Origin: the human T2T-CHM13v2.0 reference genome, Homo sapiens | Strand: one strand, 5' to 3' | DNA length: 64,000 nucleotides | Assembly (NCBI RefSeq): GCF_009914755.1 | Contig: NC_060930.1 | Shown here: positions 27,728 to 43,080 of the stretch, piece by piece | Layout: every line of letters begins with the position of its first letter | Position numbering within the stretch: the stretch's first letter is position 1 | The notes under the pieces: model-generated | What the model saw: only the letters and a program-made list of their open reading frames with translations | Databases searched by the model: none | What the model was told of the DNA's origin: nothing | Program-made: the position numbers and the translations under genes

Positions 27728-28060
27728 CAAATTTGCAGCCCCTTATCTGAAGTCTTTGGCATTAGATATGCTTTAGATCTCAGGGTTTTTCAGATTCTGT
27801 AAGGAATTACAGTGTGCCTGTTATAAAACACACCCCCCTCAGAAAGGTCTGGGGAAACCCCTATAACACAACACATTAACATTTCTGCAGCAAACTGTAG
27901 GAACAGTCACACCAAGGGATAAAGACTATAAATAGTCTCACCTCAGTTCAGGTCAGGCTTTGCTGCCAAATGAGTTTGTGCCAACCTTCAGTGAAAAAAA
28001 GTTCAGTTTCCAGAGATTTTTGGATTTCAGTAGTGCAGATAAGGGATTGATTACCTGCCA
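27728..28060. mobile_element. Old TcMar-Tigger non-autonomous element (subfamily uncertain)
   Basis: Inverted termini GCAGCCCCTTATCTG / CAGATAAGGGATTG. Confidence 0.5.
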
Positions 28061-28092
28061 AATGTTTAAAGATGCTAGAGCAAAGTTTTAGA

Positions 28093-28282
28093 TCAGTAGT
28101 TCTCAAAGTGTGTCCTCTGACAGGCAGCATCAGGAACACCAGGGAACAGGTGAGTAAAGCAAGTTCTAGGCCCCTACCCCAGATTTACTGATTCAGAAAC
28201 TCTGGAGGCAGAGCCAGCAATTTGTCTGTGTTTAGCAAGCTCTGCAGGGGATTCTGAAACCCACAGCAGGTTAAGAACCACT
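28093..28282. mobile_element. MER5A
   Basis: CAGTAGTTCTCAAAGTGTG...GATTCAGAAACTCTGG...TTAAGAACCACT. Confidence 0.8.
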
Positions 28283-29719
28283 CCTGGAGGAGTTCAAGCA
28301 TAAACACTGGTCTAGGACTAAAGAAACCTGAGTCCTAGTTAACCAGCTATGACACATAATCTTTTATTATTTTGATTTCCAATCTGCAAAATGGGGATAA
28401 TTCTACCTGCCCTTTTAGTTTGGTAGGATAATTATGTAGATGTAAAGAGATAACGCATGTAAAAAAGATTGATAGATAACTATAATGTGTATATACTATT
28501 TTAAAATAAGGATAAAATAAGGATAAAATAACACCATTGTTAAATGGAACAAAAGTTAATCAGCAGATCAGTGCTATGTGATACAGAAAGTAAACAAATT
28601 GAAAATGTAAAATGCTACATCTGTGCCTGGAAAAGCAATATAAGAAAAATAAACTTACAATGCCATCTAATTCAGGTTTCCTGTCTCTGGGAGACCCAGA
28701 GTCATATTTTCAATCAGATCACATTAAAACATGACAATATGCAAAAGACTGACACATTCCGTGAAGTATATTTATAAGTGCATTTTCATATTCCCTCCCC
28801 CATCTCATTTCAGAAAAGATTTCAAACAATGCTGAAAGACAGATTACATGTTCTGCTGTTTGGACTTCTGTGCTATGAATGGCAAAGTAAACAATCCAGG
28901 GAGGCAGATAATACAATGGAAAGATCCCACCTCTGCCCCATGCAACCTTGGGCAAGTCACTTTATCCTCTCTGGGCATCAGCTTCCAGTTATAAGCACTG
29001 CTCCTGTGGCTCGGTTCTCTTATCCACTGCTTATTTTGCCAGTTTCTGAAATCAGATTCTATAAACTGAGGACACATGTGACAATATACAAATCTACTGA
29101 GAATGAACAGGAGATGAGCTATATCGCCTTTTACAAGCCCAGGTAGGGAAGAGAAATATAAGCTGAGTTGTGTTTCAGGGTATCAAGCCCTCACACAGTA
29201 ATCCTACTAGGCGTTCTCGTTCCCCCAGACAAAGAGCTCTTTATTCACACTTAGCTTCTTATAGTGCTACTATTACTATTGGAAAAAATAAGTCTCTCAG
29301 GAAAGGCTCAGTCCATATAAGAATTCTCCTTTCTGCCTTGGCCACAGTCCAGTGCTTAACTTTTAGCTGAGGTCACGGCATCCTGTTCTACCTGCTCACC
29401 TCGGACCAGAGGTGACAGCATAGAGCTGTCCTACTCAAGCCCTTTTTTGGCATTTTAAAAAATCTTATCTGGTAAAGCCAGGTCTTCAAGGGCTTCTGGC
29501 TGGAAGAACTGGCCTACAAGGTAAACTGCTCTCCAGAGTCCATGGCTTATATTCACCCAGGCCTGTGGTTTCCAATATGTCGATAGATCAAAAGCCCTTA
29601 GAAGTGCCATCATTCTCAGAACACAAGGAGCTGCCTGGAAATAGAAAAACTAGCCCCTAAGCAACATAATGCACCCTTCCTTTTCATGATTTCCAATTCT
29701 GATATGCTAATGTGGAGCA

Positions 29720-29990
29720 GTAGAGTGAGATGGCTAAGGATAAGGGAGAGCTGGGCATTAGATTGTCTGGGGATTAGGATTCCCTCTTGTCTTCCAAGAG
29801 TTATTTACATTTTGGATAATTCACTTAACTTCTGTATGCTATGATTTGCACACCTATACAATGGGAATACTAATAGTTCTTTTCTCATAAGGTTATCGGG
29901 AATATTAAATTATATTCTTTGTTAGGTATCCAAAACACTACCTAGGTCAGTACCTTGTACGTAATAAGAGCTCTCAATTGAAATGTGCTG
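29720..29990 (+). mobile_element. MIR
   Basis: GATTGTCTGGG...TCACTTAACTTCTG...AATGGGAATACTAATAG. Confidence 0.65.
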
Positions 29991-30808
29991 CTCATCTTCC
30001 AGCTACTCTGTAGGTAATGGAAACTACATACAGCTAAGTCCTAGAACCCTTAGAAAGCTATGCTGGGACAAAAATATTCCTCTTTGAATACTAGAAAAAA
30101 ATCACAATTCCCAGGAAAATGAAAACAGTTTGTACTCCACTGAACTCAGGCAAATGTAACAGCACACAGGCAAACTGTACAAATTCAGCAAAACAAACTC
30201 CAGGTGAGTTAAAAAACAAGAAAGAACAACAACACCACATTGCATATTTAGGATGGTTCTAATAATAAAAGCGCTCCAATGCATAATTTAATTTAAATAC
30301 TGCTATAGCCATCTTGTGTTTTTAACTATGTTTAAGAATAATAAGATTACACAGAAATTAGTCTAGCTCTAGAATATTAGATCAAGAAATATTTTAAATG
30401 TGGATGAAAAGAATACCCGCATATGGAATGGAAACAGAAAACCGGTTTGTTTGCTTATTACAATTGCTTCCTGGAAACATGTAGCCTGGGAAAAATAAAC
30501 CTTTCTCTTTGAATGGTGTCCTTGAATTGCTCACCTACCGATAGTTACAGGCACAGAAATGGAAGACTCATTGCTCAGCATGATCTTCAAATAGTACAAA
30601 GAACCTATTATACACAATATTTGGTGCTAAGTGCTGTGTGGGCAAAGGACAGAACCATCCTAAAATCTTCCCTCAAGGCGTCTAGTAGGAGAGACAAATG
30701 AATTTCTATCAGGAACTTGAACATGAAGTACAAAGTAATAAAAGTGATAAGAGTAGAGATAAAACATCAGGAGAGTTCAAAGGAAGGAAAAGATTCGTGC
30801 AGCCTGGG

Positions 30809-30811
<3 letters not shown>

Positions 30812-30854
<43 letters not shown>
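30812..30854. repeat. (TG)n microsatellite inside an antisense L2 fragment (~30620-31020)
   Basis: Direct reading; flanking AGAGAAGGCTTAGTGGAGGAGG...CTTGAAGAATGAATAG. Confidence 0.9.
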
Positions 30855-30857
<3 letters not shown>

Positions 30858-31242
30858 TGTGTATGGTAGGAGAGGCAACCAGAGAAGGCTTAGTGGAGGA
30901 GGAGGCATTTGAAGTACGCCTTGAAGAATGAATAGAATTTGCATGAGTGGAATGAAAGAAGTGGAGGAGGAAGCGTATCTGGGAGTCAGGAACAGCTTAG
31001 GCGAAGACTCAGAGGTAGGTAATTTTTTGCTTCCTTTTTACCCAGACTTTATATCTGTGAAAACAAATAGTTCTTGTGATACCACTTTTCAAATCTTTCT
31101 TGTTGGGCAAGAAAGATATGAATATTAAAGGTTAGAAGCATAATTCTAGTCATCTGGATAGTCTCAGCTTCTCATGTGTTATTCTAAGTGCCCAAGGAAT
31201 GTATATTAAAAATATATATGAATTAAAGGATGATTTTCTATA

Positions 31243-31443
31243 AGCTGCATTGTGCAATATGGCACTAGCTTTATTTAAATTTAAATTAATTAAAATAAAA
31301 TACCATTTAAAAATTTAGTTTCTCAGTTACACTGGCCATATTGCTAGTGCTCAGTTGCCACATGTGGCTACTGGCCAATCTTACCGGATGGCAAAGATAT
31401 AGAACATTTTAATTATCACAGAAAGTTCTAATGGGCAGTACTA
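31243..31443 (-). mobile_element. MER3 hAT MITE
   Basis: GCCACATGTGGCTA...ATAGAACATTTT...CACAGAAAGTTCTA. Confidence 0.75.
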
Positions 31444-31529
31444 TTCTGGAAGGTAAGAATTATCTCAAATGCTAAGTATTATTGAATTCAATTTTCTTAA
31501 CTGTCTCTGTATATGCTTCTTTTTTTTCT

Positions 31530-31985
31530 GCTGATCATTTTCTCACTGGGCCCTGCCTTCCCCTCCTCTGCCCTGTACCAGGGATTACTGACTCCTGCTG
31601 CTGCTTCCCCGCCTCTCTGGACAGTGGATACAATAGCAGGACAAAAGGAAAAACAGGGTTCATCTCTACATACTCCCCCACCCAGCCAGGAGGGATCCCG
31701 CGCAGTAGCTGCATCTCCTTTCTGTTGCCAGCAGCCTCCTATGAGGTTCCAGGGCCCATTGGTGGACCTCACTGCTGGGCTCTGGGAACAGCACCTTTTC
31801 CCCACTCTCCTTTAGTATTAGGGGTATGGGTGACTTCCTGCATTGTTAATCCCTCATCTGCTTCGCCATTGCCTGTTTGACTTCTCAGCTCTTCTAGCAG
31901 CTTTTAATTAATTTCCAGTGTTAAATCCCTTCTATTGAACTACCTGGTATAAGATCTGTTTTCCTGACTGGACCTTGACCAATAT
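31530..31985 (+). mobile_element. Old ERVL LTR (LTR33/LTR41-like)
   Basis: Ends TTAAATCCCTTCT...TGTTTTCCTGACTGGACCTTGACCAATA. Confidence 0.5.
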
Positions 31986-32299
31986 ATTATACATATTCAA
32001 GCATCACATTTCAAAACAAGGATTATCAGTAGAACACTAGCAAACATGGAATATCTTTCCGGACAAAAAGTAAATTTTGAAGGTGTTCATATTCCTGCAT
32101 CTCAAGTACAACATAATTAGCATTTGTTTGTATTAGAGAGGACATTCCTATTATCCTAAGGCCAATGTAATTTTTGTTAATTTTTATTGCTATTATTTTT
32201 CCATTTTCTAGAGAAGGGAACTGGGGTTAAAGAGGCTAAGTCTCAGCCAACAACAGATGGATACCAAGAGGAGAAATTCAAAGCTAAAATGCTGAACAA

Positions 32300-32750
32300 A
32301 TGGAGCCTTGCACAAAAATAGGACATATTGTATGATTACATTTACAAGAAATGCTAAAACAGGTCAAACTTATCTAAGGTGACATAAGTCAAAACCATGC
32401 TTGCATCCAGAGGGAGAAGCAGACTGCTTGGGAAGTGATACAAGGGACTTTTCTGGAGAAATGGAAATGTTCTCTATGGCGAAAGGAGTGTGAGGCAAAT
32501 GGATATATACATTCGTCAAAATCACACACTTAAGATAGTGCATCACCATGTAGGTACATTATAAATAAATGAATTTAAAGCACTGAAAAAATAATCCAGG
32601 GGAAATGAGGAGGGACTGGAATTAGGACTGAAACAAGAATGGCAGAATGTTGATTAGTGCTGGACAAGGGTGATGGCTACTAGGGGCTCATTATACTTAC
32701 TCTGTTTACTTTGCATATGTTTGAAATTTTCCAAACTAAAATTTTCTAAA
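32300..32750 (+). mobile_element. Old L1M 3' fragments
   Basis: TGTATGATTACATTTAC...TTTTCTGGAGAAATGGAAATGTTCT...TGTTTGAAATTTTCC. Confidence 0.65.
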
Positions 32751-33213
32751 ATCATAAAAGGAACCTTTAAGTCTCTGTGATTTCAAAGCTTATGTTCTTT
32801 CCACTAACCACTTTGCTTCAAACCATTTTAAAGTATATCAAATACAGGAGGATGACTCCAACCCAAGGAAAATACAGGAGAGGCACAAATCTGCAAGGAG
32901 AGCATTCAGTAGCCAAACAGAGAATTAGCAGCATTCTACAATACACCAAGGAACTGCACACAGTAGACAAGGCACCACTGCCCTGCTCCAAATTTGCATC
33001 TTTTCTATCACTATAAATACTATTCAGGCTAGAAGGGGCAGAGCATGATTAGTAAGAAGCTGAAATGCAAAACCTAAAAACAAGCAATGGGGAAACGTTT
33101 CCCTATTTAATAAATGGTGCTGGGAAAACGGGCTAGCCATAAGCAGAAAACCGAAACTGGACCCTTTTCTTACACCTTATACAAAAATTAACTCAAGATG
33201 GATTAAAGACTTA

Positions 33214-33532
<319 letters not shown>

Positions 33533-33924
33533 TTAAATATAAAACCCAAAACCATAAAAATCCTAGAAGAAAACCTAGCCAATACCATTCAGGACATAGG
33601 CATGGGCAAAGATTTCATGATGAAAATGCCAAAAGCAATTGCAACACATGCAAAAATTGACAAATGGGATCTAATTAAACTAAAGAGCTTCCGCACAGCA
33701 AAAGAAACTATCATCAGTCGAGCAGGCAACCTAGAGAACGGGAGAACATTTTTGCAATCTACCCTTCTGACAAAGGTCTAATATCCAGAATTTACAAGGA
33801 ACTTAAATAAATTTACTAGAAAAAGACAAACACCCCATCAAAAAGTGGACAAAGGATATGAACAGACACTTCTCAAAAGACGACAGTTATGCGGCCAACA
33901 AACATGAAAAAAAGCTCAACATCA

Positions 33925-34304
<380 letters not shown>

Positions 34305-34354
34305 TCACGCTATCATGCCAGTCAATGGATTATTAAAAACTCAAGAAACAACAG

Positions 34355-35939
<1,585 letters not shown>

Positions 35940-36939
35940 AAGAAACAACAGATGTCAGCGAGGCTGTGGTGAAATATGAACACTTTTACACTGTTGGTGG
36001 GAATGTTAGTTCAACCATCGTGGAAGACAGTGTGGCAATTCCTGAAGGATCTAGAACCAGAAATACCATTTGACCCAGTAAGCCCATTACTGGATATATA
36101 CCCAAAGGATTATAAATCATTCTGCTATAAAGATACATGCACATGTATGTTTATTGCTGCACTATTTACAATAGCAAAGACATGCAACCAACCTTAATGT
36201 CCATCAATGATAGACTGGATAAAGAAAATGTGGTACATACACACCACAGAATACTATGCAGCCATTAAAAGGAATGAGATCATGTCCTTTGCAGGGACAT
36301 GGATGAAGCTGAAAGCCATCATCCTCAGCAAACTAAAACAGGAACAGAACACCAAACACTGCATGTTTTCCCTCATAAGTGGGAGTTCAACAATGAAAAC
36401 ACATGGACACAGGGAGGTGAACATCACACACCGGGGCCTGTGTTGGGGAGCCGGCAGAGTGGGGAGAGCATCAGGACAAATAGCTAATGCATGTGGGGCT
36501 TAAAACCTAGATGACAGGTTGATAGGTGCAGCAAACCACCATGGCACGCGTATACCTATGTAACAAACCTGCACGTACTGCACGTGTATCCCAGAACTTA
36601 AAGTAAAATAAAACTTTTAAAAAAAGAAGAGATGTAAAACCTATGAAAACATGTAAATAAGTCAAAAGTTTTCTATATATCATGAGGTAGAAAATTACCT
36701 CAATGGTACTCTTTGGGCAACTTTGAAGGCAAAAGAAACCAGAAGGCAGGTCAGACGAATACTATCCTAATTATTTAAAAGAAAAAAAAATAGTTTCAGA
36801 GGCTTCCTGTGACCACAGGATATAGTCTAGATTCCATAGGAGAAAGGCAAGCAAAGTTTGATGCAAGCTTCAGCTTAATCTCCCATCACTACTGTCTCTT
36901 TCTTTGCATTCTGATGATAGCAATTTTTTTGCAGCTACC

Positions 36940-37270
36940 TGCACTCACTCAGCCTGCTGTTTCAGACTCCCCAGTTTTCTTTACACTGTTTCCTCTCACT
37001 GGAATGTCCTTCCTCTCCTTCTATTTATTCTTCCAGACTCAGCTCAGGAATCATCTCCTTCAGGGAGGGCTCCCAGAACTTCAAGGCACTCTCAATCCTC
37101 CATGCCCAGGTGCTTCCCAAAGTACTGATGACAGCGATATTACCCGCTGGGGTACCAGCCTCCGCACTTGCCTATCAGCTCCTCCAGGGCTAGATCATGT
37201 GCTAGTCATCTCTGCACTCCCAGTAATATTAGGGCTTAGTACTTTGCTGATGCACAATAAATGTTTGTCA
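36940..37270 (+). mobile_element. L2 3' fragment
   Basis: CACTGTTTCCTCTCACTGGAATGTCC...GACTCAGCTCAGG...CACAATAAATGTTTG. Confidence 0.65.
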
Positions 37271-38689
37271 GACTATTATATAGGTGTTCTGGAGCTGGTT
37301 ATGCTATGTGGCTTATGAATGCAAAGAAAATAAAGTCGTAGAGGCCTTATAGCCCGCTTGAGGCTGCTGAGGCCTTATAGCCCGCTTGAGGCTGCTCAGG
37401 ACTCATTCAGATCTTCCACCGTCTTTACGGCAGCCAACAGCCATGCCTTTAGTTAGGTTGCTGAGTTCTGATGGAACAATGTTTCAAGTAGGTAGTGAGA
37501 TTTCCAAAGAGCCTTTTGGAATAAAGTCTAAAGGAAGGCTGACAAAATTCTTCTATTCTGTAAGAAGAAGTAATTTTGCCAAACACTCACCTCAGTGATG
37601 ATCCTTTACCAAATGAAATGACAAAAACAAAGAAAAATGAACACATAGCATTATTATTCGAGACCAAAAAAAAAAAAAATCAAACTCCTGAAAATTGACC
37701 AGGCTACTGTTTTTGAAATTATCGTGGTTAGATATTTAGACATTAAATGTCTGCATGATGTCACAAGCAAGAAGTCTGAAAAATCACAGGAAAACAAGGG
37801 GAAATTTTCAAGGCAGTTGATATCAGAGCATTATTTTTCATGAAGCAGAAGAATCTTGAAGAGGACTTGGGCTGGGGGAAGAAGATAAATTTTGTGCCAC
37901 TGATTCAGTAATATGACATTGTTCCAAGTTCCCCCTGACAACTTTGTTCACAATTGTTAATAGTCTACACATCATGGATGAATGGAATGCCAAATATACC
38001 ATGTGAGCAGGGTATTGTTCTCACTGCATTTGTGGTCTCTTTCATACAGATCCAAAACCCAGGGCTGAGCCTTTCCAAATACAAAGTCAAAAGTCTTTTT
38101 ACTTTGCTCTGCATGAAACATAACTGCAGGTGGGTTCTCTATGGAATGTGACATTTGGAATTTTCCTACGTTATTTTTACCTAATGCATTTCTTGTCAGT
38201 TAGTGACCTCTTATTATTAAAAATCGATCAGTAAATAAATGAACATCTGTGATTACCACAAACTTTCACTTCTTTACAAAAGTCCAGTTGAGTCACATTA
38301 ACTTCATTCTGTAGGATTACTAGACTGTAAAGGAATGTCATAAGTAGAGTGTTTAGAATAACTTCACGTAGAGAACCAAGAAGCAAGAAGATTAAAGGTG
38401 AGTGATATTGGGACCTGGAGCAATGAGAGCCATTTTTGAAGTATATCGATCTTGGAAAAGTTACTTTCTGTCTGCCTCCTGATACACAAAACAGATACAA
38501 TAATAACTCTATTGTATGAGGTTGGGTGAGAAAATGAATGCGAAGTGCCCAGTAGACTACTTGGGTATCACAGCAGCCAAATGAGTGGCAGGGGGGACCA
38601 GGGAGTCTTGGGGCAGCCTGGGCAGACAAAGGAAGCTGAGGCAAAGTCCAGCTTGTCTAAAACCCACAGTTCCTGTGTCAGAGGGGAGA

Positions 38690-39010
38690 GGTGTATTCTG
38701 AGGAGTCAGGAGGCTTTGCTCATAGCTCAGCTCCACTTTCTTTAACTCTTGAGACTTGGGCAAGTTATACAATTGCCCTGTGCCTCAGTTTCCTCATAAG
38801 TGAAACTGGGATAATAACAGTTGCTACAGTTCATGCAGCTGAGATCATGAAATACTATGCAGCCATAAAAAAGGATAAGTTCATGTCTTTTGTAGGGACA
38901 TGGATGAAGCTGGAAACCATCATTCTCAGCAAACTATCGCATGAAGATTGAGATCATGAAAGCAAAGAGTCTGGAACATAACGAGCTCTCAAAATATGTG
39001 GCTGCTTAAC
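38690..39010 (+). mobile_element. MIR interrupted by an internal L1PA fragment (38853-38941)
   Basis: TTGGGCAAGTTA...TGTGCCTCAGTTTCCTCAT...GGGATAATAACAG; insert matches the L1 ORF2 end (YYAAIKKDKFMSFVGTWMKLETIILSKLS). Confidence 0.85.
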
Positions 39011-39869
39011 TGCAGCTGATAGGCAGGGGGGCAGGGCTAAAACTGGGGTGCTAGGAGTGACGTGTTCAGCTCAGGGTGTTTGGGAAGTGTTATGGTACCT
39101 CATTTGGCTTATTGGAAGCTGCACATAGATAGGGCAAGAGCCTGTTCTCAGGACGCTGACATGGGGAGCAAAGTACACTGCCATTTGTTTTCTCCTTTAG
39201 TAGACAATTTGCTCTATGTTTCTTGGGGGCTACACTTCAAATCTTGAGAGCAAAACTAGCAATATCATGAACATGGCTCTTATTCTATCCTAAGGTCTGC
39301 TGTGGGCTGTGACAGTGGAAGTTGGAGGAGTTATACCTGATTAAACAACCAATCATCTTTTATTGAAGATAAAAGTACCATTCTCTACTATTGATTAGTA
39401 GAAGATGCCAACTTAGAGGATTATGAAGGTGAAGGGGGGTGACAAGGCAGAGTGTGTGTTTGTGTTTACCTGAGACACTGAGGTGGAGGAGAGGAAAGGC
39501 TTGCATATGGGGCCTGGAACATTGTAGATGCTCAGTAATTATTGGTTGAAGGAATGAACAAGAGAAAAATCAAGGTTTACAAAGCTGTCAATAGGCTAAA
39601 TAATAGGTCAAAATCAGGATGAGCTGTAGAGGGAAGAAATGTCAAGTTTTGCCGAATGGTGGAGATTTTGCCCAGCAGAAATAAATGCCACAAAGATTTA
39701 TGAGATGTCATTAATTACAAGCTTAATAGGCAACCATATGCTTCTCTCCTTTAGTAGGAGTTTAAAAATGTACATGTAAGCCATGCTATTAAATTCAGAG
39801 AGGAAACAGACCCTCTGGGGTTGACCATGGCCAAGCCCATCTTTAGTTTTAGGGAGTAGATATAGAGGA

Positions 39870-40490
39870 GGAACGCCAGCAAGGGCTTGAAAGTTCTATC
39901 ATAGGGGCAGCAAGTCAAGGGATTTATAAGTCTTGGTATGGAAAAAGAAAGAAATCTTATTGAAAACAGAAGAGTCGACTTCAAATGTTTAAATATCTGA
40001 AGCACTGCCATGTAGAAGATGAATTAGCCTTACTGAAGCTGTTAAATATTTCTTGGATGTCTGCTGCTTGCAAAATGCTCATTTACTCATTTTACAAATA
40101 TTGATTGTCCACATATTCTGTACCAGATACTGTCCTAGATACTGCAGTAAGGTCACTGCCCTCTGGAACCTAACACTTAATGGAGGATGGGGAAGACCAT
40201 CCGTAACAAGGAAGCACAGAAAATAATGTCTGGTGGGGGAAGGATGGAACTGTACCTGGTGTTTATCCTCACATATTTGCATTAAAACCTAGTGGGATAT
40301 ACTTATTATTTGTTGTGCCATGAGTTAAAGATAGATAATAATTCAATTAAAGGAAGAACTTTCTCCCAACAGAATATGGGCTCTGTCAAAAAGTAGTGAA
40401 TTCTGTCACTGGAAATGTTTAAAAACAAATCCTCCTTGGCCATCTTTTAGGACAGTTGTAGAAAATTGATGAATTGGAGCTAGAACTAGA
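39870..40490 (+). mobile_element. L3/CR1 remnant interrupted by an antisense L2 (~40080-40240)
   Basis: AAATATCTGAAGCACTGCCATGTAGAAG; AAGGAAGAACTTTCT...TGTCACTGGAAATGTTT. Confidence 0.55.
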
Positions 40491-42279
40491 TCAATGGTTA
40501 AAGAGCTTTGGAATTCATAGACCAATATAAATTTTTAAAGTGGTAGGTGCCAACATAAGCTTGCCAAATTTTTATAGGTCTAGTATATTAAAGGAAAACT
40601 GAAACTTTTCAAAAATATAAAGGCCATTTTTAAGGGATCTATAATAAAGGAATGACATCAGAATAAAATGTTCCTTGGGTTAAGTGAATTTGGTTATATA
40701 AAATTTCCTAATATTGGCCTTACTTTTAAAATTTCGCAACAGACCATCAAAAACTTCATTACTGGCCAGAAACAGTCCATAGGCTAGAATTTCAAGACAG
40801 AACCACTTGACCTTTAAGGGCTCCCTAATATGTTTTAAATGTTTATGTATTATTAAAGTTTAGGATACTTTTGTGTGTAGTTTTGGGGTTGGTGTCTATG
40901 CATTTAAAGCTGAGGCTAAAACTAACTATGGGCAAATTATGTAACTTCCATGAACCTTGGTTTTTGTTCCTGTGATGTGGGGATGATAATATTATTGATC
41001 CATGGTGTTGCAAGAGTTCACTGAGATAATACAATTGAAGCACTTGATGCAGTGAGTAGTTTGTAGTAAGTGTTCAATAAAAATGATAGCCACCCCCACC
41101 CTTTGTCAGATCTTCTGTCCCAGGGGAAACGGTGGGATGAGGGGCATTTCTAATGGATAATGATGTCAGTACATACCATTTTCTAAATACTCTATTTTCC
41201 AACAGCAGAATAGATTATTTGGCTTGTAATACTTGTACCCTGCCCCCTATTACCAGAGAAATAAACAAGAGTCACAACTAGTTACCAAAAGGATGGTTTT
41301 CTCTCTGCTCCTGTCTCATTTGTTTTCCTAGGCTCCTACTTCTGTTGCCTGCCTTCTCTGGCACTCACCCACCTCTTTGTAGAAGGGCCAACCACCTATT
41401 ACTTTTTCTCTTAACTCTTGGAACTCTTCCATTTTCTCCTCCACCTGAAGCTTGCTTGTCAGTGTACCAAGGGTGTTGCTTCTCCTGACCTCCTCCGGGC
41501 CCTGTCTGCCACTGCCAATATGACCAACACTCTTAGCAAGTTTTTAAAATTGATAAGAACCTTTGACATTAATATCAACAAATCCGGCTCGGTTTCTTTA
41601 CCAGGTAATAGATTGTGTCCAAATGCTGTGGAAATTCATGTCCTTAGGCCTGTGACTTCAAGTCTGAAAGCTCAAACAATGTGAAAGATGACCGATGTTT
41701 GAAAGCTGAGCTGCCATCAGCCCTCCACAGCTCATCCTCTGTGACAATACCCAGCAGTGTCTACTCAAAAGAATGCATTGTTCTAACTACAGCTAATGCT
41801 TCTCTCCTTTAGTAGGAGTGATACTGTGATGTCATTAACAGTGATCAGATTTAAGTCCGTGACAGGTGGCAGAATTCAAGAACTCAATTCTTCAGTAGCA
41901 GTAAATCTGGACACGAAGGTGCTTGAAATACAAAGGTCTTAACTGAAGGACATCAGAGTCCTATGATTTGGCATTTGCACAAATTAAGATGTGCTGAATA
42001 ACTCCTGAATTACTTTTCATTACTGCCTATGTTAGTTTCACATTTATGACTTTAAAGCTTAAAATGTGGCTGGGCATGCTAGAGAAATAAAAGCATAGAA
42101 TGCTGTAATTACTGAACAAAGTGGAATGGATAAAGAATTGGTCCAAAAGGCAGGCCCAGTCTTAACTTATAAGTAGAAATTCTTCCTTGACCGAGATATT
42201 GCTATACTTTCAATTCATTCCCTCTATCTCTCTTTGCATTTTAAATTTTCTCTATAAAAAGTAGATTACCTAGGACTTT

Positions 42280-43080
42280 ATAGCCTGTAAGGCCTTTTGC
42301 TTTTACCCTCAGTGAGATGGGAGTCACTGGAGCATTTTGAGCAAAGGGGAGGGAGGACCTGCTTTACCTTTTAACAGGATTCCTCTCATTGCATTGATCC
42401 CTCTCTCACTGCTGTATGGGAATCAAGGCAAAGAAAGAAGACCAATACACAGGCTATTGAAATAATAATAAAGAGATGACAATAGCTTAGTCCAAACAAG
42501 ATGGAAGCAGTGGACATAGTGAGATAGGAATCTTATATTTTGAAGGAAGCATTAAATGAATGTATTGATGGAGCAGATGTACATTGTAAGAAAAAAACCC
42601 ATGAATCCCCTGAAATCACTACAAGATTTTCAGCATTAGCAACTAGAAGGAAGAGTTGCTATTTCCTGAGATGGAGAAGACTTGAGAGAAGTTGCCAGGA
42701 GTGGTGATAGGGTGTTGGAGATAGATCATGAATTTATTTGACTTCTGACACGTCAAGTTTGAAATGCCTTGACATCAAGTAGGCATGTCAAGTAGAAGAT
42801 GAATATCCAAGTCAGGCATTCAGGGTGCAACTCAGGCAAGAGACATGCATTAAGGAAGCTGCAGTGCATCTGTGGTGTTTAAAGGCATGAGACATGATAG
42901 GGTAAGAGAGGAGGGAAAGATAAGATGCAAGCTGAGTCCTGGGCACTTTAACTTGAAGTTGGAGAAAGAGGAGAAATCAACAAAGGAGCAATAAGGAGCC
43001 ACAAAGGGAGGTGGAGTCCTAAGAACCAAATGAAGAAGGTTTCAACAAAGGACGAACAACCCATGTGTCTAAGGCTGGTC
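42280..43080 (-). mobile_element. L2a fragment
   Basis: GAGATGGGAGTCACTGGAGCATTTTGAGC...AGCAACTAGAAGG...AAGTTTGAAATGCCT. Confidence 0.75.

Noticed and set aside
36809-37318. 169-aa hydrophobic ORF
   Set aside because: GTG start, largely overlaps an L2 fossil, no recognisable domain.
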